In this document: positions 1 to 10,416 of the stretch, in pieces
How the letters are laid out: each line of letters begins with the position of its first letter
Numbering within the stretch: position 1 is the first letter of the stretch
Assembly: GCA_039815185.1 (NCBI GenBank)
Contig: JBCBZT010000020.1
Coordinates: 1 to 64,000, forward strand
From: Cyanobacteria bacterium P01_A01_bin.123
GTDB lineage: Bacteria; Cyanobacteriota; Cyanobacteriia; Phormidesmidales; Phormidesmidaceae
DNA: 64,000 nucleotides
Reading direction: 5' to 3'
Position numbers and translations under genes: made by a program
Notes under the pieces: generated by a model
Seen by the model: only the letters and a program-made list of their open reading frames with translations
The model's database searches: none
Told to the model about the DNA's origin: nothing

Positions 1-508
1 CGAGCTGCTCAACCTATCCCCCTTGCTGGGCAACCAAGCGACCGAAGCCCAAATCAAACAGCAAATGCCCACTGCTCCACTGATTCACTTAGCAACCCAT
101 GGTTTACTCAGCTACCGCGACTCCCCCTTTGAGGTTCCGGGGGCGGTGGCCCTTACCCCAGGCAATGGGGAAGATGGATTGCTGACGGCGGGTGAAATCC
201 TCGATATGGATTTGCAAGCCCAGCTTGCCATCCTCAGCGCTTGCGACACGGGACGGGGACAGATCACGGGAGATGGCGTCGTGGGGCTATCGCGTTCATT
301 GATTACGGCTGGCGTGCCCAGTGTCGTCGTGTCCCTTTGGGCGGTGCCCGATGCTCCCACGGCTGAACTGATGACGGAATTTTATCAACAGCTCAACCAG
401 GGCCAAACCAAGGCCCAAGCCCTGCGACAAGCGATGTTAACCACGATGGAAAGCCACTCAGACCCCAGAGCCTGGGCAGCATTTACGCTGACTGGGGCAG
501 CGGATTAA
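1..508 (+). CDS. CHAT domain protein, C-terminal part (5' end outside window)
   Basis: IHLATHG, ILSACDTG, VVVSLWAV and WAAFTLTG motifs typical of CHAT (caspase-like) domains. Confidence 0.9.
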   Translation, partial: ELLNLSPLLGNQATEAQIKQQMPTAPLIHLATHGLLSYRDSPFEVPGAVALTPGNGEDGLLTAGEILDMDLQAQLAILSACDTGRGQITGDGVVGLSRSLITAGVPSVVVSLWAVPDAPTAELMTEFYQQLNQGQTKAQALRQAMLTTMESHSDPRAWAAFTLTGAAD

Positions 509-513
509 CGTGC

Positions 514-546
514 AGGAACCGGGTTTCTTGAAGAAACCCGGTTCCT
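514..546. terminator. Perfect 16-bp inverted repeat between convergent genes; possible bidirectional terminator or dispersed palindromic repeat
   Basis: AGGAACCGGGTTTCTT-G-AAGAAACCCGGTTCCT between the stops at 508 and 569. Confidence 0.6.
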
Positions 547-568
547 AGGTGAAGAATTTTCAGCGGGG

Positions 569-1327
569 TTAACCCAAGCGATAGCCAAAGCCCCGGACAG
601 TTTTGAGGTACTCCGGATTACTGGGGTCAGACTCTACCTTTTCTCGAATCCAGCGAATGTGCACATCCACGGTTTTGTTATCACCCATGAAATCATGCCC
701 CCAAACCTGATCAATGATTTGATCACGCGACCAAACCCGACGGGGCTGACTCATAAATAATTCCAAGATGCGAAACTCTTTAGGCGATAAGCTAACCTCT
801 TCACCTTTCAAGAAAACTCGGCATTCTCTGGGGTGCAGGGCGATTTCTTTGAAGCGTAAGACGGGATCTTCTAATAGATTCGCAGTTCTTTGGCAGCGGC
901 GTAGCAAGGCGCGGCAGCGGGCTACCAACTCACGCATGCCAAAGGGTTTAGCTAAATAGTCGTCTGCCCCAACTTCAAGCCCAACAATTCGATCGGTCTC
1001 AGTGCCTTTAGCACTCAAAATCAAAATGGGGACGTCAATGCCTTGATGGCGCACCAAACGGCATAAGTCTAAGCCGTTCATGCCCGGTAACATCAAATCT
1101 AAAATCACCAAGTTAACGTCGGGTGGCGGGCTTTGCAGTTTATGGGTTGTCCCCCCCAACAGGTCTAAGGCCGTGAGTCCATCTTCAGCCACTAAGATTT
1201 CAAAACCTTCTTCGGCTAGCGTCAGGGCCAGGGTTTCGCGGATGAGCTCTTCGTCCTCCACGATTAAGACCCGCCCTAACCCGACCCTCAAATTGGGCTG
1301 AACTTGAGTTAGCTCCAGGGATGCCAT
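569..1327 (-). CDS. sphR: OmpR/PhoB-family response regulator, probably the phosphate regulon regulator SphR
   Basis: REC domain (LIVEDE, ILDLMLP, GADDYLAKPF) plus winged helix KTVDVHIRWIREKVE..TVRGFGY; ATG at 1327 preferred over the upstream GTG. Confidence 0.7.
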   Translation of the reverse strand: MASLELTQVQPNLRVGLGRVLIVEDEELIRETLALTLAEEGFEILVAEDGLTALDLLGGTTHKLQSPPPDVNLVILDLMLPGMNGLDLCRLVRHQGIDVPILILSAKGTETDRIVGLEVGADDYLAKPFGMRELVARCRALLRRCQRTANLLEDPVLRFKEIALHPRECRVFLKGEEVSLSPKEFRILELFMSQPRRVWSRDQIIDQVWGHDFMGDNKTVDVHIRWIREKVESDPSNPEYLKTVRGFGYRLG

Positions 1328-1486
1328 ACAACACACTTTTAGGTGATTACAGCTTTATATTACCAGTCAAGACCACCAGGCTGTAGCCTAACCAGACTGG
1401 GAAATCTTTAAATATCAGTAAAAACCGCATCAAGCCTTGCAGATATCCTAAAAAGTATCTTTTAGAACTCTGATGGCCAGGGAAAT

Positions 1487-4096
1487 TTATCCGGATTTGG
1501 CAACAACGAAATTAACTAATTTGCCGGGAACGATAATTACCTTTTTGATCTCTGCCTCACCGAGATAGCGCTTGGCAATGTCAGACTGACGGGCGTAGGT
1601 TTCTAGCGCGGTCTTATCAGCGGTTGCGGGCACCTGAATCGTGCCCCGAGTTTTGCCCATCACCTGAATTACCAGGGTGATTTCATCGGCAACTAGGGCT
1701 GATTCATCCACTTGGGGCCAGCTTTGATAATGAACAGAGTCGTCGTTGCCCAATTGATGCCAAAGTTCTTCGGTGATGTGGGGGGCAAATGGGGCCAGCA
1801 GCAATACCAAAGTTTGAATGCCCTCAACATAAACTGGAGAGTCTGCGCATTTGGCATCGTTAATGGCGTTACTCAGCTTCATGAGTTCTGACACGGCGGT
1901 GTTGAACTGGTAGTCACCTTCGATATCTTCGCTGGTTTCTTTGATAGCTGTGTGGATGGCTCGGCGCAAGTCCTTTTCGGGTTTTGACAGGCCATCCGCA
2001 GGGGGAACAGCGGCTTTTGCAGTGTTGCCTTTAGCCGCAAAATCGGTGACCTGTCGCCAAACGCGATTGAGGAAGCGAAACTGACCTTCCACATCGGCAT
2101 CGTCCCACTCCAGATCTTTCTCTGGGGGCGCTTTGAACAAGATGAACATGCGGGCGGTATCTGCGCCATATTTGGCCAGCACATCGCTGGGAGCCACACC
2201 ATTGCCTTTAGATTTGGACATGGTGGCATAGAGCTTTTCTAACGGTTCCCCAGTTTGCGGATCGCGGGGATCGTCAGGATTTTCAATCAAATTAGATGGC
2301 ACCCACTTGTCCTTGCCGCCTTTATTCGGGTTCATATAGGTCAACCCTTGCACCATCCCTTGGGTTAGCAAACGATTAAAGGGTTCGTCAAAATTGAGCA
2401 GGCCGCGATCGCGCAATACCTTAGTAAAAAATCGAGAATAGAGCAGGTGCAAGATGGCATGCTCGATGCCGCCGACGTACTGATCAACGGGCAACCAGTC
2501 ATTCACCTGCTCCGTATCAAAAATTTTGTCGTCGTTGCGGGCATCGGCATAGCGCAAGAAATACCAGGAGGAATCAATAAACGTATCCATCGTGTCGGTT
2601 TCTCGCTTGGCCGGTTCGCCACAGGTGGGGCAGGGCACATTCACCCAATCTGCCAACTGTGATAGCGGCGATGCCCCACGTCCACTAAATTCCACATCTT
2701 CGGGGAGTGTAACGGGCAGCTGGTCGTCGGGCACGGGCACAATGCCACAACTGGGACAGTGTACGACTGGGATCGGCACGCCCCAATAACGCTGGCGCGA
2801 AATCAACCAGTCTCGCAGGCGATAGTTAGCCTCGCCTTTGCCAACGTTGTTGTCTTCCAACCACGCGATCGCGGCGGCAACGCTTTGCTCTGGGGCTTTA
2901 CCCGCCGGGATGCCATCCAATGGCCCAGAGTGAACCATCACCCCATCGCCCGGCCAAGCCTCAGCCATTGTGTCTCCTTCAAGAGATTGGCCCTCAGGCT
3001 GCACCACGACTTTGACCGGGATATCAAACTTCCGGGCAAACTCAAAGTCACGCTGGTCATGGGCGGGCACCGCCATGATTGCCCCAGTCCCATAACCCAT
3101 CAACACGTAGTCAGCAATCCAAATGGGAATCTTCTCACCATTAACTGGATTCACCGCGTAGCTACCCGTCCAGACGCCACTTTTTTCTTTGCTTTCGTCG
3201 GTGCGATCGATATCGCTTTTAGTGGCGGCTTCCTTTTGATAATCTTCGATAGCAGCAACCCGATCAGGGGCCGTGAGTTTTTCGACCAAGGGATGCTCTG
3301 GGGACAGCACCATGAATGTCGCCCCCCAGAGGGTGTCGGGACGGGTGGTGAAAACGGGCAAGTCAGCGCCAATTTCAGTTTTGAACACCACCCGAGCGCC
3401 TGTGGATTTGCCAATCCAGTTGGCCTGCATCAGTTTTACCCGTACTGGCCAGCCCGGAAGTTTATCCAGATCTTGCAGCAGTTCTTCAGCGTAGTCGGTG
3501 ATTTTGAGAAACCACTGGCGTAGCAGCTTGCGTTCAACCTTTGCCCCCGATCGCCACGATCGCCCTTCATTGTCAACCTGCTCATTAGCCAGCACGGTTT
3601 GATCGACGGGATCCCAGTTGACCGCTGCCTCTTTTTGATAAGCCAGCCCAGCCGCCATGAACTGAATAAAGCTCCACTGAGTCCACTTGTAATAGTCTGG
3701 GGCGCAGGTGGCGACTTCTCGATCCCAGTCGTAGGACAAGCCCAACCGCTGGAGTTGCGCCTTCATTTGGCTGATGTTTTGCTCAGTCCATTTGGCCGGG
3801 TGAACGCCACGATCGATGGCAGCGTTTTCGGCAGGTAGCCCAAAGGCATCCCACCCCATTGGATGCAGCACCCGGTAACCCTGCATGCGACGGACTCGGG
3901 CAATTACATCGGTAATGGTGTAGTTGCGAACGTGGCCCATGTGCAGGTTCCCCGAGGGGTACGGGAACATGGACAGGGCATAAAACTTGGGTTTATCCGG
4001 GGCATCCGCCGCATTGGGGGTGCGGTCTAGTCCCTGTTCGACCCATTGCTGCTGCCATTTTTCTTCAATCGGGGTGGGATTGTATGGGGACGACAC
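1487..4096 (-). CDS. leuS: Leucine--tRNA ligase
   Basis: [13 protein letters not shown] (HIGH), MSKSKGN (KMSKS), [13 protein letters not shown], editing domain FTTRPDT. Confidence 0.98.
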   Translation of the reverse strand: MSSPYNPTPIEEKWQQQWVEQGLDRTPNAADAPDKPKFYALSMFPYPSGNLHMGHVRNYTITDVIARVRRMQGYRVLHPMGWDAFGLPAENAAIDRGVHPAKWTEQNISQMKAQLQRLGLSYDWDREVATCAPDYYKWTQWSFIQFMAAGLAYQKEAAVNWDPVDQTVLANEQVDNEGRSWRSGAKVERKLLRQWFLKITDYAEELLQDLDKLPGWPVRVKLMQANWIGKSTGARVVFKTEIGADLPVFTTRPDTLWGATFMVLSPEHPLVEKLTAPDRVAAIEDYQKEAATKSDIDRTDESKEKSGVWTGSYAVNPVNGEKIPIWIADYVLMGYGTGAIMAVPAHDQRDFEFARKFDIPVKVVVQPEGQSLEGDTMAEAWPGDGVMVHSGPLDGIPAGKAPEQSVAAAIAWLEDNNVGKGEANYRLRDWLISRQRYWGVPIPVVHCPSCGIVPVPDDQLPVTLPEDVEFSGRGASPLSQLADWVNVPCPTCGEPAKRETDTMDTFIDSSWYFLRYADARNDDKIFDTEQVNDWLPVDQYVGGIEHAILHLLYSRFFTKVLRDRGLLNFDEPFNRLLTQGMVQGLTYMNPNKGGKDKWVPSNLIENPDDPRDPQTGEPLEKLYATMSKSKGNGVAPSDVLAKYGADTARMFILFKAPPEKDLEWDDADVEGQFRFLNRVWRQVTDFAAKGNTAKAAVPPADGLSKPEKDLRRAIHTAIKETSEDIEGDYQFNTAVSELMKLSNAINDAKCADSPVYVEGIQTLVLLLAPFAPHITEELWHQLGNDDSVHYQSWPQVDESALVADEITLVIQVMGKTRGTIQVPATADKTALETYARQSDIAKRYLGEAEIKKVIIVPGKLVNFVVAKSG

Positions 4097-4213
4097 GTCC
4101 GAATCTCCTCGCGCTACACGTGCTGACTGTACTCCATGATAGTCACAACCGGAAAATCGATTTCAACAGGTTTTTGGGGCGATAGAATGAAGGCCGCAAT
4201 TGAGAATCACCCC

Positions 4214-4987
4214 ATGGAAGTTATCCCCGCTATCGATTTGCTTGAAGGTCGTTGTGTGCGCCTTTATCAAGGCGATTATGACCAGTCCCAGGTATATAAC
4301 GACGACCCGGTGGCGGTAGCCCAGCAGTGGGTTGAGCAAGGGGCGACTCGACTGCACTTGGTGGATCTCGATGGTGCTAAGGCGGGTAAGCCAGAAAATT
4401 GGCGGGTGATCGGCGCGATCGCTCAAGCAGTGTCTATCCCCATTGAAGTCGGCGGCGGTCTGCGCGATTACCAACGGGTTGCAGAACTGTTTGGCCTCGG
4501 GGTGCAGTACGCCATCCTGGGCACCGCAGCGGTGGAGAATCCTGATTTGGTGGGCCAACTCAGCGGTGAATTTCCGGGACAAATCATTGTGGGGATTGAC
4601 GCCCGCGATGGCAAAGTGGCGACTCGTGGCTGGTTAGAAACCTCAGAAGTCGAAGCGGTGGAGCTGGCCCAACGGATGGCTGACTTGGGCGCAGCGGCCA
4701 TCATTTACACCGATATCAAACGCGACGGCACATTGAAAGGCCCCAATAAACCTGCCCTACGAGAGTTGGCAGAGGCGGTGTCGATTCCGGTAATTGCGTC
4801 TGGCGGTGTTAGTTCTTTGACGGATGTGCTGAGTTTGCTGAGCTTAGAACCCGTAGGCGTGACGGGCATGATTGTGGGCAAAGCCCTCTACACCGGAGAT
4901 TTATCTCTGAAAGAAGCAGTGAGGGCGGTGGGTAGTGGCCGTTGGCAGGATGTGCCGCCGGATTTGGGGCAATCTTTCTTGGCTTGA
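4214..4987 (+). CDS. hisA: ProFAR isomerase HisA
   Basis: [51 protein letters not shown]. Confidence 0.96.
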   Translation: MEVIPAIDLLEGRCVRLYQGDYDQSQVYNDDPVAVAQQWVEQGATRLHLVDLDGAKAGKPENWRVIGAIAQAVSIPIEVGGGLRDYQRVAELFGLGVQYAILGTAAVENPDLVGQLSGEFPGQIIVGIDARDGKVATRGWLETSEVEAVELAQRMADLGAAAIIYTDIKRDGTLKGPNKPALRELAEAVSIPVIASGGVSSLTDVLSLLSLEPVGVTGMIVGKALYTGDLSLKEAVRAVGSGRWQDVPPDLGQSFLA

Positions 4988-4999
4988 TGGAGAAAGGCT

Positions 5000-5584
5000 A
5001 TGGTTCAGGCTGCTAAACCAAAAACATACACGCTAGAAGAGTACTTGGAGCTGGAGGTCAACTTGCCAGAACGTCATGAGTATGTGGATGGAGAAATCAG
5101 ACTGATGACGGGCGGTACACCTACACACAATAAAATTGTGGGAGCGCTAAATGCGCTGCTTTGGTTTGGTTTGCGGGGTAAGGCTTACGATGTTTTTGTA
5201 ACCGGTCAGCGGTTATGGATCCCGGCATGCGAGTTGTATACGTATCCAGACATTATGGTGGTAGAAAAGCCACTGGTGTTGCAAACGGGGCGGACGGACA
5301 CGGTCACAAATCCTTGTTTTATAGCTGAGGTCTTGTCGAAATCTACAAAAGATTATGATCGGGGCGACAAGTTTTTGAACTATCGAACGATTCCTACATT
5401 TCGGGAGTATTTATTGCTAGACCAGTATGCAGTGCATGTGGAGCATTATGTGAAGACTGCCCCGAATCAGTGGTTGATGTCTGAATATGATTCGTTGGAT
5501 GCAGCGCTTTCGTTTGAGACGTTTGACTGTCAGGTTAACGTGGCTGACCTTTATGAAGGGATTGACTTTGACTCACCTAACTGA
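5000..5584 (+). CDS. Uma2-family (DUF820) endonuclease-like protein
   Basis: RHEYVDGEI, YTYPD, IAEVLSKST, DRGDKF..Y motifs. Confidence 0.9.
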   Translation: MVQAAKPKTYTLEEYLELEVNLPERHEYVDGEIRLMTGGTPTHNKIVGALNALLWFGLRGKAYDVFVTGQRLWIPACELYTYPDIMVVEKPLVLQTGRTDTVTNPCFIAEVLSKSTKDYDRGDKFLNYRTIPTFREYLLLDQYAVHVEHYVKTAPNQWLMSEYDSLDAALSFETFDCQVNVADLYEGIDFDSPN

Positions 5585-5588
5585 GCTA

Positions 5589-5894
5589 CTACTTCAGCAG
5601 CTCCTCATACTCGTTGTGAGAACCAATCCAGACTTCATCTAAATCCCTGACTTTCCCAGCTTTAATATCTGCTTCTGCTTTTGCAATTAGATGATCCAGC
5701 CTGCCATTAGTAACATCCTGAGCAATCTGTCTGTCCCACTCATCCTCCATCAAGATTTGCTTATCTTGAGATGTTTCGGTTGATCCCATCATTTGCTGTT
5801 GCAATTGATTCACAATATGTCCCATCACGGCCCACTGCTCGGCTGGGGTGAGGCGATCAATATCTTGTAGCACCTGTCGTAAATGTGGACTCAT
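5589..5894 (-). pseudogene. Antitoxin-like ORF fused to the C-terminal remnant of a RelE/HigB-like toxin
   Basis: WDRQIAQDVTNGRLDHLIAKAEAD resembles an antitoxin motif and is followed directly by WIGSHNEYEELLK, resembling a toxin C-terminus. Confidence 0.55.
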
Positions 5895-6140
5895 ACTGCC
5901 TTCTTTACAAATATCCAAGCGTTTACCTACCTAATTAAGCGTAACGTTTTCTAAGGTGGCGCGATCGCAGCCCTTTAACACCCCGCCACACCGAGCAATT
6001 GTCCTGTTGTATTACTTTAATACGGTATCCAAACGTCCCTATCCGTGGCCTAACCCACCCGGAATTTGCCAGTATTGATCTGAAAGGTTAGTGGCCTTGT
6101 CAGCAGTTGCCCCACGCGATCCATTTTCGTTTGCCTAGTA

Positions 6141-6629
6141 GTGTTTATGAAACCGACAGAACTTCGTATCTTTGCCTTTGCCTTGTTGGTTGTGCTGGGG
6201 GCCAGTGAAGCCCTACTCGCCCACAACGTGCTCTACACGGAGGGTGAGATTGTGCAGGGGCTCTACTGGATTATGGTGTCCCTCAATGTCCCGCTAATCC
6301 TGATTGCGATGTGGAAGCCTAAGTGGGGGTTGTGGGGAGGCATGATTTTGGCAGCGCTATTGCTGCCCTGGCAAACGGCTGAAAACCGTAAGTGGGCGCA
6401 AATTCATGAAGAGGTTATCGAGATTATTCGGTTTGTAGAGACAAAGCAGGACACTTCTGGAGAGTATCCCGATAGCCTAGCGGGTTATGACTTTCAACAA
6501 CCATGGGTGGCAAAACATATTGCCTATACGGTTGAAGAGGAGGGTTATTATCTCAGTTATTTTATGGATGATGACAGCATCAGCTACTGGTATGAGTCTA
6601 CAGATGGGTTTGGTTATTATCCTGACTAA
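6141..6629 (+). CDS. Hypothetical membrane protein
   Basis: 162-aa ORF with three hydrophobic segments and a soluble C-terminal domain. Confidence 0.65.
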   Translation: MFMKPTELRIFAFALLVVLGASEALLAHNVLYTEGEIVQGLYWIMVSLNVPLILIAMWKPKWGLWGGMILAALLLPWQTAENRKWAQIHEEVIEIIRFVETKQDTSGEYPDSLAGYDFQQPWVAKHIAYTVEEEGYYLSYFMDDDSISYWYESTDGFGYYPD

Positions 6630-6708
6630 GTGGTAATTGGGTCATGGCCTCACTGTGGGTTACAAGAAGCTATGAAATAAGCGATTACGCTACACTTTTA
6701 ACCTTATG

Positions 6709-7375
6709 TTATGCAACCGCTCCGAAGATTTCGTTGATGAAAGAGACCCATACCATGACATCTCCTTTCTCAACCCCATTGATCTGACCTTTATAGATCA
6801 TATTCACCACCTCATAGCTTTGGAGGGTTAGATAAGCTTTCATGAGTTTTTAACGCCTTGATAGTCGGCAGATAAGCCGCATTCTTATCGACGGTGATTA
6901 CTCTTGGGTTGATGGTGTGAGTCGCGTTGAGAACTTGCCGAAAGAAGCGTTGAGCGGCTTCAGCGTCACGCGTCTTACTGAGCATGAGGTTCAGGGCATT
7001 GCCCGCCGAATCGACAGCTCGATCAAGGTACCTGTCCCGCTTTTTGACTTTGATGTAGGTCTCACATACCTGCCACGAATCATTGGTATGCCTCAGATCC
7101 CGACGGCAACGCTTGTCCAGCACTGGACTATAAGTCTGCACCCAACCATAGACCGTCGTGTGGTCAACCTCAACATCACGCTCGACCATCATCTCTTCTC
7201 AATCTGGGTAACTCAAGCCATATCATAGATACAACCGCACAGTCAGCAGGATAATCTCGGATTGAAAGTGACGCCACTTAAACAAGTTTGAGGAAGACAT
7301 TTGGGAGCAGGTGCAATCCGACGAATTCTTGGCCTTCACATCAAACGATCTACTCCGTGTTTTTGCAACACAACC
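6709..7375 (-). mobile_element. Degenerate IS6-family element; transposase pseudogene 6709-7300
   Basis: Minus strand reads MSSSNLFKWRHFQSEIILLTVRLYL*YGLSYPD*EEMMVERDVEVDHTT..RAVDSAG..ITVDKNAAY, then an internal deletion, then the C-terminus MIYKGQ..EIFGAVA*; IS6-type end GGTTGTGTTGCAAAA at 7361-7375; the other end is not evident. Confidence 0.85.
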
Positions 7376-7406
7376 GTTAGAAGCAGCCCCTCAGTTTATC
7401 TCCTAA

Positions 7407-9575
7407 TCATGTTTGCAACAGCCTATCTTGACGACAGGGAAGTGTCATGACAAACTTCGTTCCTTGCCCAGGCGTAGAATGACAAGTCAGAGCACCGCCG
7501 TGTTTTTCCACTACCACTTGATAGCTGATAGAGAGCCCCATCCCTGTCCCTTTGCCCACAGCCTTGGTGGTGAAGAAGGGATCGAAAATCCGGTTGCGGA
7601 CAACCTCTGGCATACCAGAGCCATTGTCTGCGATAGAAATCACGACACTTTGGTCGCTCTCTAAGTGGGTAGTGATTGTAATTTCAGGGTGTTCAACGGT
7701 TTGACATTGTAGCGCTTCCTCTAGGGCATCAATGGCATTACTGATGATATTCATAAATACCTGATTGAGCTGCCCAGGGAGGCATTCCACTTTAGGCAAG
7801 TTGCCATACTTCCGGTTGACAGCAATTTTGACGCGATCACTGTGTTTCTTGAGCCGATTTTGTAAAATCATTAAGGTACTATCGATGCCTTCATGAAGAT
7901 CCGCTTCCTTTAGATCCACTTCATCCAAGCGAGAGAAATTGCGCAGAGAAGACACAATGGCATGGATGCGTTCAGCCCCTACTTTCATGGAACTCAATAG
8001 TTTAGGCAAATCTTCAGTTAGAAAATCGATTTCTAAATCTTCAATAACCTCCTCCAATTCCTCCCCTGGTTCTGGGAATGTCTTCTGGTAGAGCTTAATG
8101 ACCTCAAGTAAGTCGTCGGTATATCCTTTGGCGTGACTAAGATTCCCATAAATAAAATTAACGGGATTGTTAATTTCGTGAGCAACACCAGCCACCAATT
8201 GTCCTAAGCTAGACATTTTCTCGGCCTGAACCATCTGTGCCTGGGTCTTTGTTAGATCATCTAGAGTTTGAGATAACTCCACTGTCCGTTCTTCTAATGC
8301 TCCATTACTTTGTTCCAAGGCAGTAAAAGAATTTTGCAACTGTTTAGCCATGCTTTGAAAGGATTGTCCTAGAGCATGAAGTTCTGAAATTGCGCTATTC
8401 TCAATTACTTGACCAAACTGATTTTGAGCAATCGCTTCAGATGCATACCCAAGTTTACGAATTGGTTTTGCAACTCTTTGGGCAATTAAAGCACCCAGAA
8501 CTAGAGCAACTAATAGTGCGCCAAAACATAGCCCGATTGTCAAACGTGTGTTGGCATTAATTTGTGCCATAAAGGTAGATTCAGGCACAATGGTCACAAT
8601 TAGCCAATCAATACCTTGACCATCTTGGAAAGGAGAAACTTGTAGCAAGTAGTTCTCTTGTTCAAAATTAAATTCTAACTTTTCTGCTTGATTAACTCCT
8701 ACAAGATCGCCCACTCTTCCTTGGATAGCTTGATAGCTAGCCTGAATCAAAGGACTAGCGCTATCCGAGATATGGAGACGCTGCTTTTCTTCCTCACTAT
8801 TAACAGAATATAAAAGTTCCTCTCCAGTAGAATTCGCAACCAACAATCCCGAGCGTTCTACAATTAAAGTTATTCCTGTCTCAGAAATATCTAGACTTTC
8901 CAAAAAGTCACCAATGTGATCTAACACCAACCCTGAAGCAAGAACACCTTGCAGGTCTCCATTGTCTGCATAAAAGGGGGTGACTCCCATGATGCCAATT
9001 TCAAATTCTTCTGCTGTCCACAAAAAAATTGGACTCCAGGTAATTTGTTCAGACTCTTTAGCAGCGATATACCAGGGATAATTTTGAGGGACAATCTCAG
9101 ATCTTTGCCACAGTAATTGAGCTCTATCGCCCTTCTCATCAAGGCCATAAAAATAGAAGTTATCTGAAATACCTTCAATCAGAGCTAAAACAAATTTCTC
9201 TTCTCCAACACGCCCAATAGAGACCATATCTTCTACTTCAGTTGCAACTCCAGTTGAAGAAAGTGATGGAAAAGCTTGTAGTTGATACCATAAATAACGT
9301 TGTAAATTGATCTTGTCCTCTAGAGTGACTTTGCCTGACTGGAGAGCATTCTGATTGATCTGATTAGCGATATGAGGTTTTTCAAAATAAGTTTCAAGAT
9401 GCAACTGGATGCGAGAGCTAATTTCTTGAGACAAGTCATCAGCCAACTGCTTTACCGCTTTTTGACCATTCCTTAAAGAAAACCAACCTGTCAATCCAAC
9501 CGCAACAGAAACCTGAAATGAAAACGCAATAATTAAAACGAATTGAAGAGGAATTCTCATTGATTTTAGCTTCAT
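7407..9575 (-). CDS. Membrane sensor histidine kinase (Cache-like + HAMP + HisKA + HATPase)
   Basis: Two TM segments, [16 protein letters not shown]-box, [33 protein letters not shown]. Confidence 0.93.
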   Translation of the reverse strand: MKLKSMRIPLQFVLIIAFSFQVSVAVGLTGWFSLRNGQKAVKQLADDLSQEISSRIQLHLETYFEKPHIANQINQNALQSGKVTLEDKINLQRYLWYQLQAFPSLSSTGVATEVEDMVSIGRVGEEKFVLALIEGISDNFYFYGLDEKGDRAQLLWQRSEIVPQNYPWYIAAKESEQITWSPIFLWTAEEFEIGIMGVTPFYADNGDLQGVLASGLVLDHIGDFLESLDISETGITLIVERSGLLVANSTGEELLYSVNSEEEKQRLHISDSASPLIQASYQAIQGRVGDLVGVNQAEKLEFNFEQENYLLQVSPFQDGQGIDWLIVTIVPESTFMAQINANTRLTIGLCFGALLVALVLGALIAQRVAKPIRKLGYASEAIAQNQFGQVIENSAISELHALGQSFQSMAKQLQNSFTALEQSNGALEERTVELSQTLDDLTKTQAQMVQAEKMSSLGQLVAGVAHEINNPVNFIYGNLSHAKGYTDDLLEVIKLYQKTFPEPGEELEEVIEDLEIDFLTEDLPKLLSSMKVGAERIHAIVSSLRNFSRLDEVDLKEADLHEGIDSTLMILQNRLKKHSDRVKIAVNRKYGNLPKVECLPGQLNQVFMNIISNAIDALEEALQCQTVEHPEITITTHLESDQSVVISIADNGSGMPEVVRNRIFDPFFTTKAVGKGTGMGLSISYQVVVEKHGGALTCHSTPGQGTKFVMTLPCRQDRLLQT

Positions 9576-10267
9576 TTCTTGTTACAGTTTCCTTGCAGTT
9601 TTGACATCCCAAAACTTTTGTTTCTAATACCAAGCCTATGACGAACTAACTCCATCTTGTGATATTCCCAAGAGTTGGCTGATACAGAATCATAGAACTT
9701 CGCTCTATAATTCTGTATATTCACGGTTTTTAATTAGTCATATTTAACAACTCAATATATTGGTTACTTGACAAACACTAGCTTTACCAAATAATTGCCC
9801 AGATTGATTATTCCCTAATTGGAGCAATTGTGCACACAGGTATTAGAAGATTTGAACTTGGAATTGATCTAGTGCTTCTGTAGGCTCAAAAGTAGTAGGG
9901 CTGAAATTTAGCCAATTTAGTTTAGAGGCTCAAGAAGCTGATGATCCTTGATACAAAGATCTGAAGAGAGTCTCAAAGATCACCGCAGTTTTCTGTTTAT
10001 TAAATCTGCCCGCTAGGCCTTCATCAACAAAAGGTGACCTTAAGCTCTGAGCTGCTTTGCAATGATAGCTTGGGTCTCAGTGTGAGAACTGAGTACCCAA
10101 GCTTGACGAGAGTCACTGCGTAGGGCAGGGATTAACTCATGTCAATGGTCAGGAGTCGTTAACTTTAAGCTAGACATAAGGCTGTATAGTTTTCTATTGG
10201 ACTTTTGCTCTAACCTCCAGTTAAGCCATTTGGCTTAAACTGAATAGCTGTACAAAACTGGTCTGCT

Positions 10268-10362
10268 ATGGCCGTAGTCACAAAGCTTTGTGACTACGGC
10301 GAGCCAGATTGCTTGTGTGCTAAGCATCCCAGCGATACTAGGGGCATTAAGCAATCTGGCCA
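10268..10362 (+). repeat. ~95-bp double-hairpin element, copy 1
   Basis: 30-bp perfect palindrome 10271-10300 plus stem GCCAGATTGCTT/AAGCAATCTGGC; a diverged reverse-complement copy lies at 43359-43454. Confidence 0.85.
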
Positions 10363-10416
10363 ACACTACAAAACAATCAACCTTCGCTCTCGCGCATCTT
10401 CTGGTGGCCTAACCCT

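Noticed and set aside
2759..3523. 254-aa plus-strand ORF and many similar overlapping ORFs (e.g. 59790-60398)
   Set aside because: Antisense or shadow frames of well-supported genes, with no recognisable motifs
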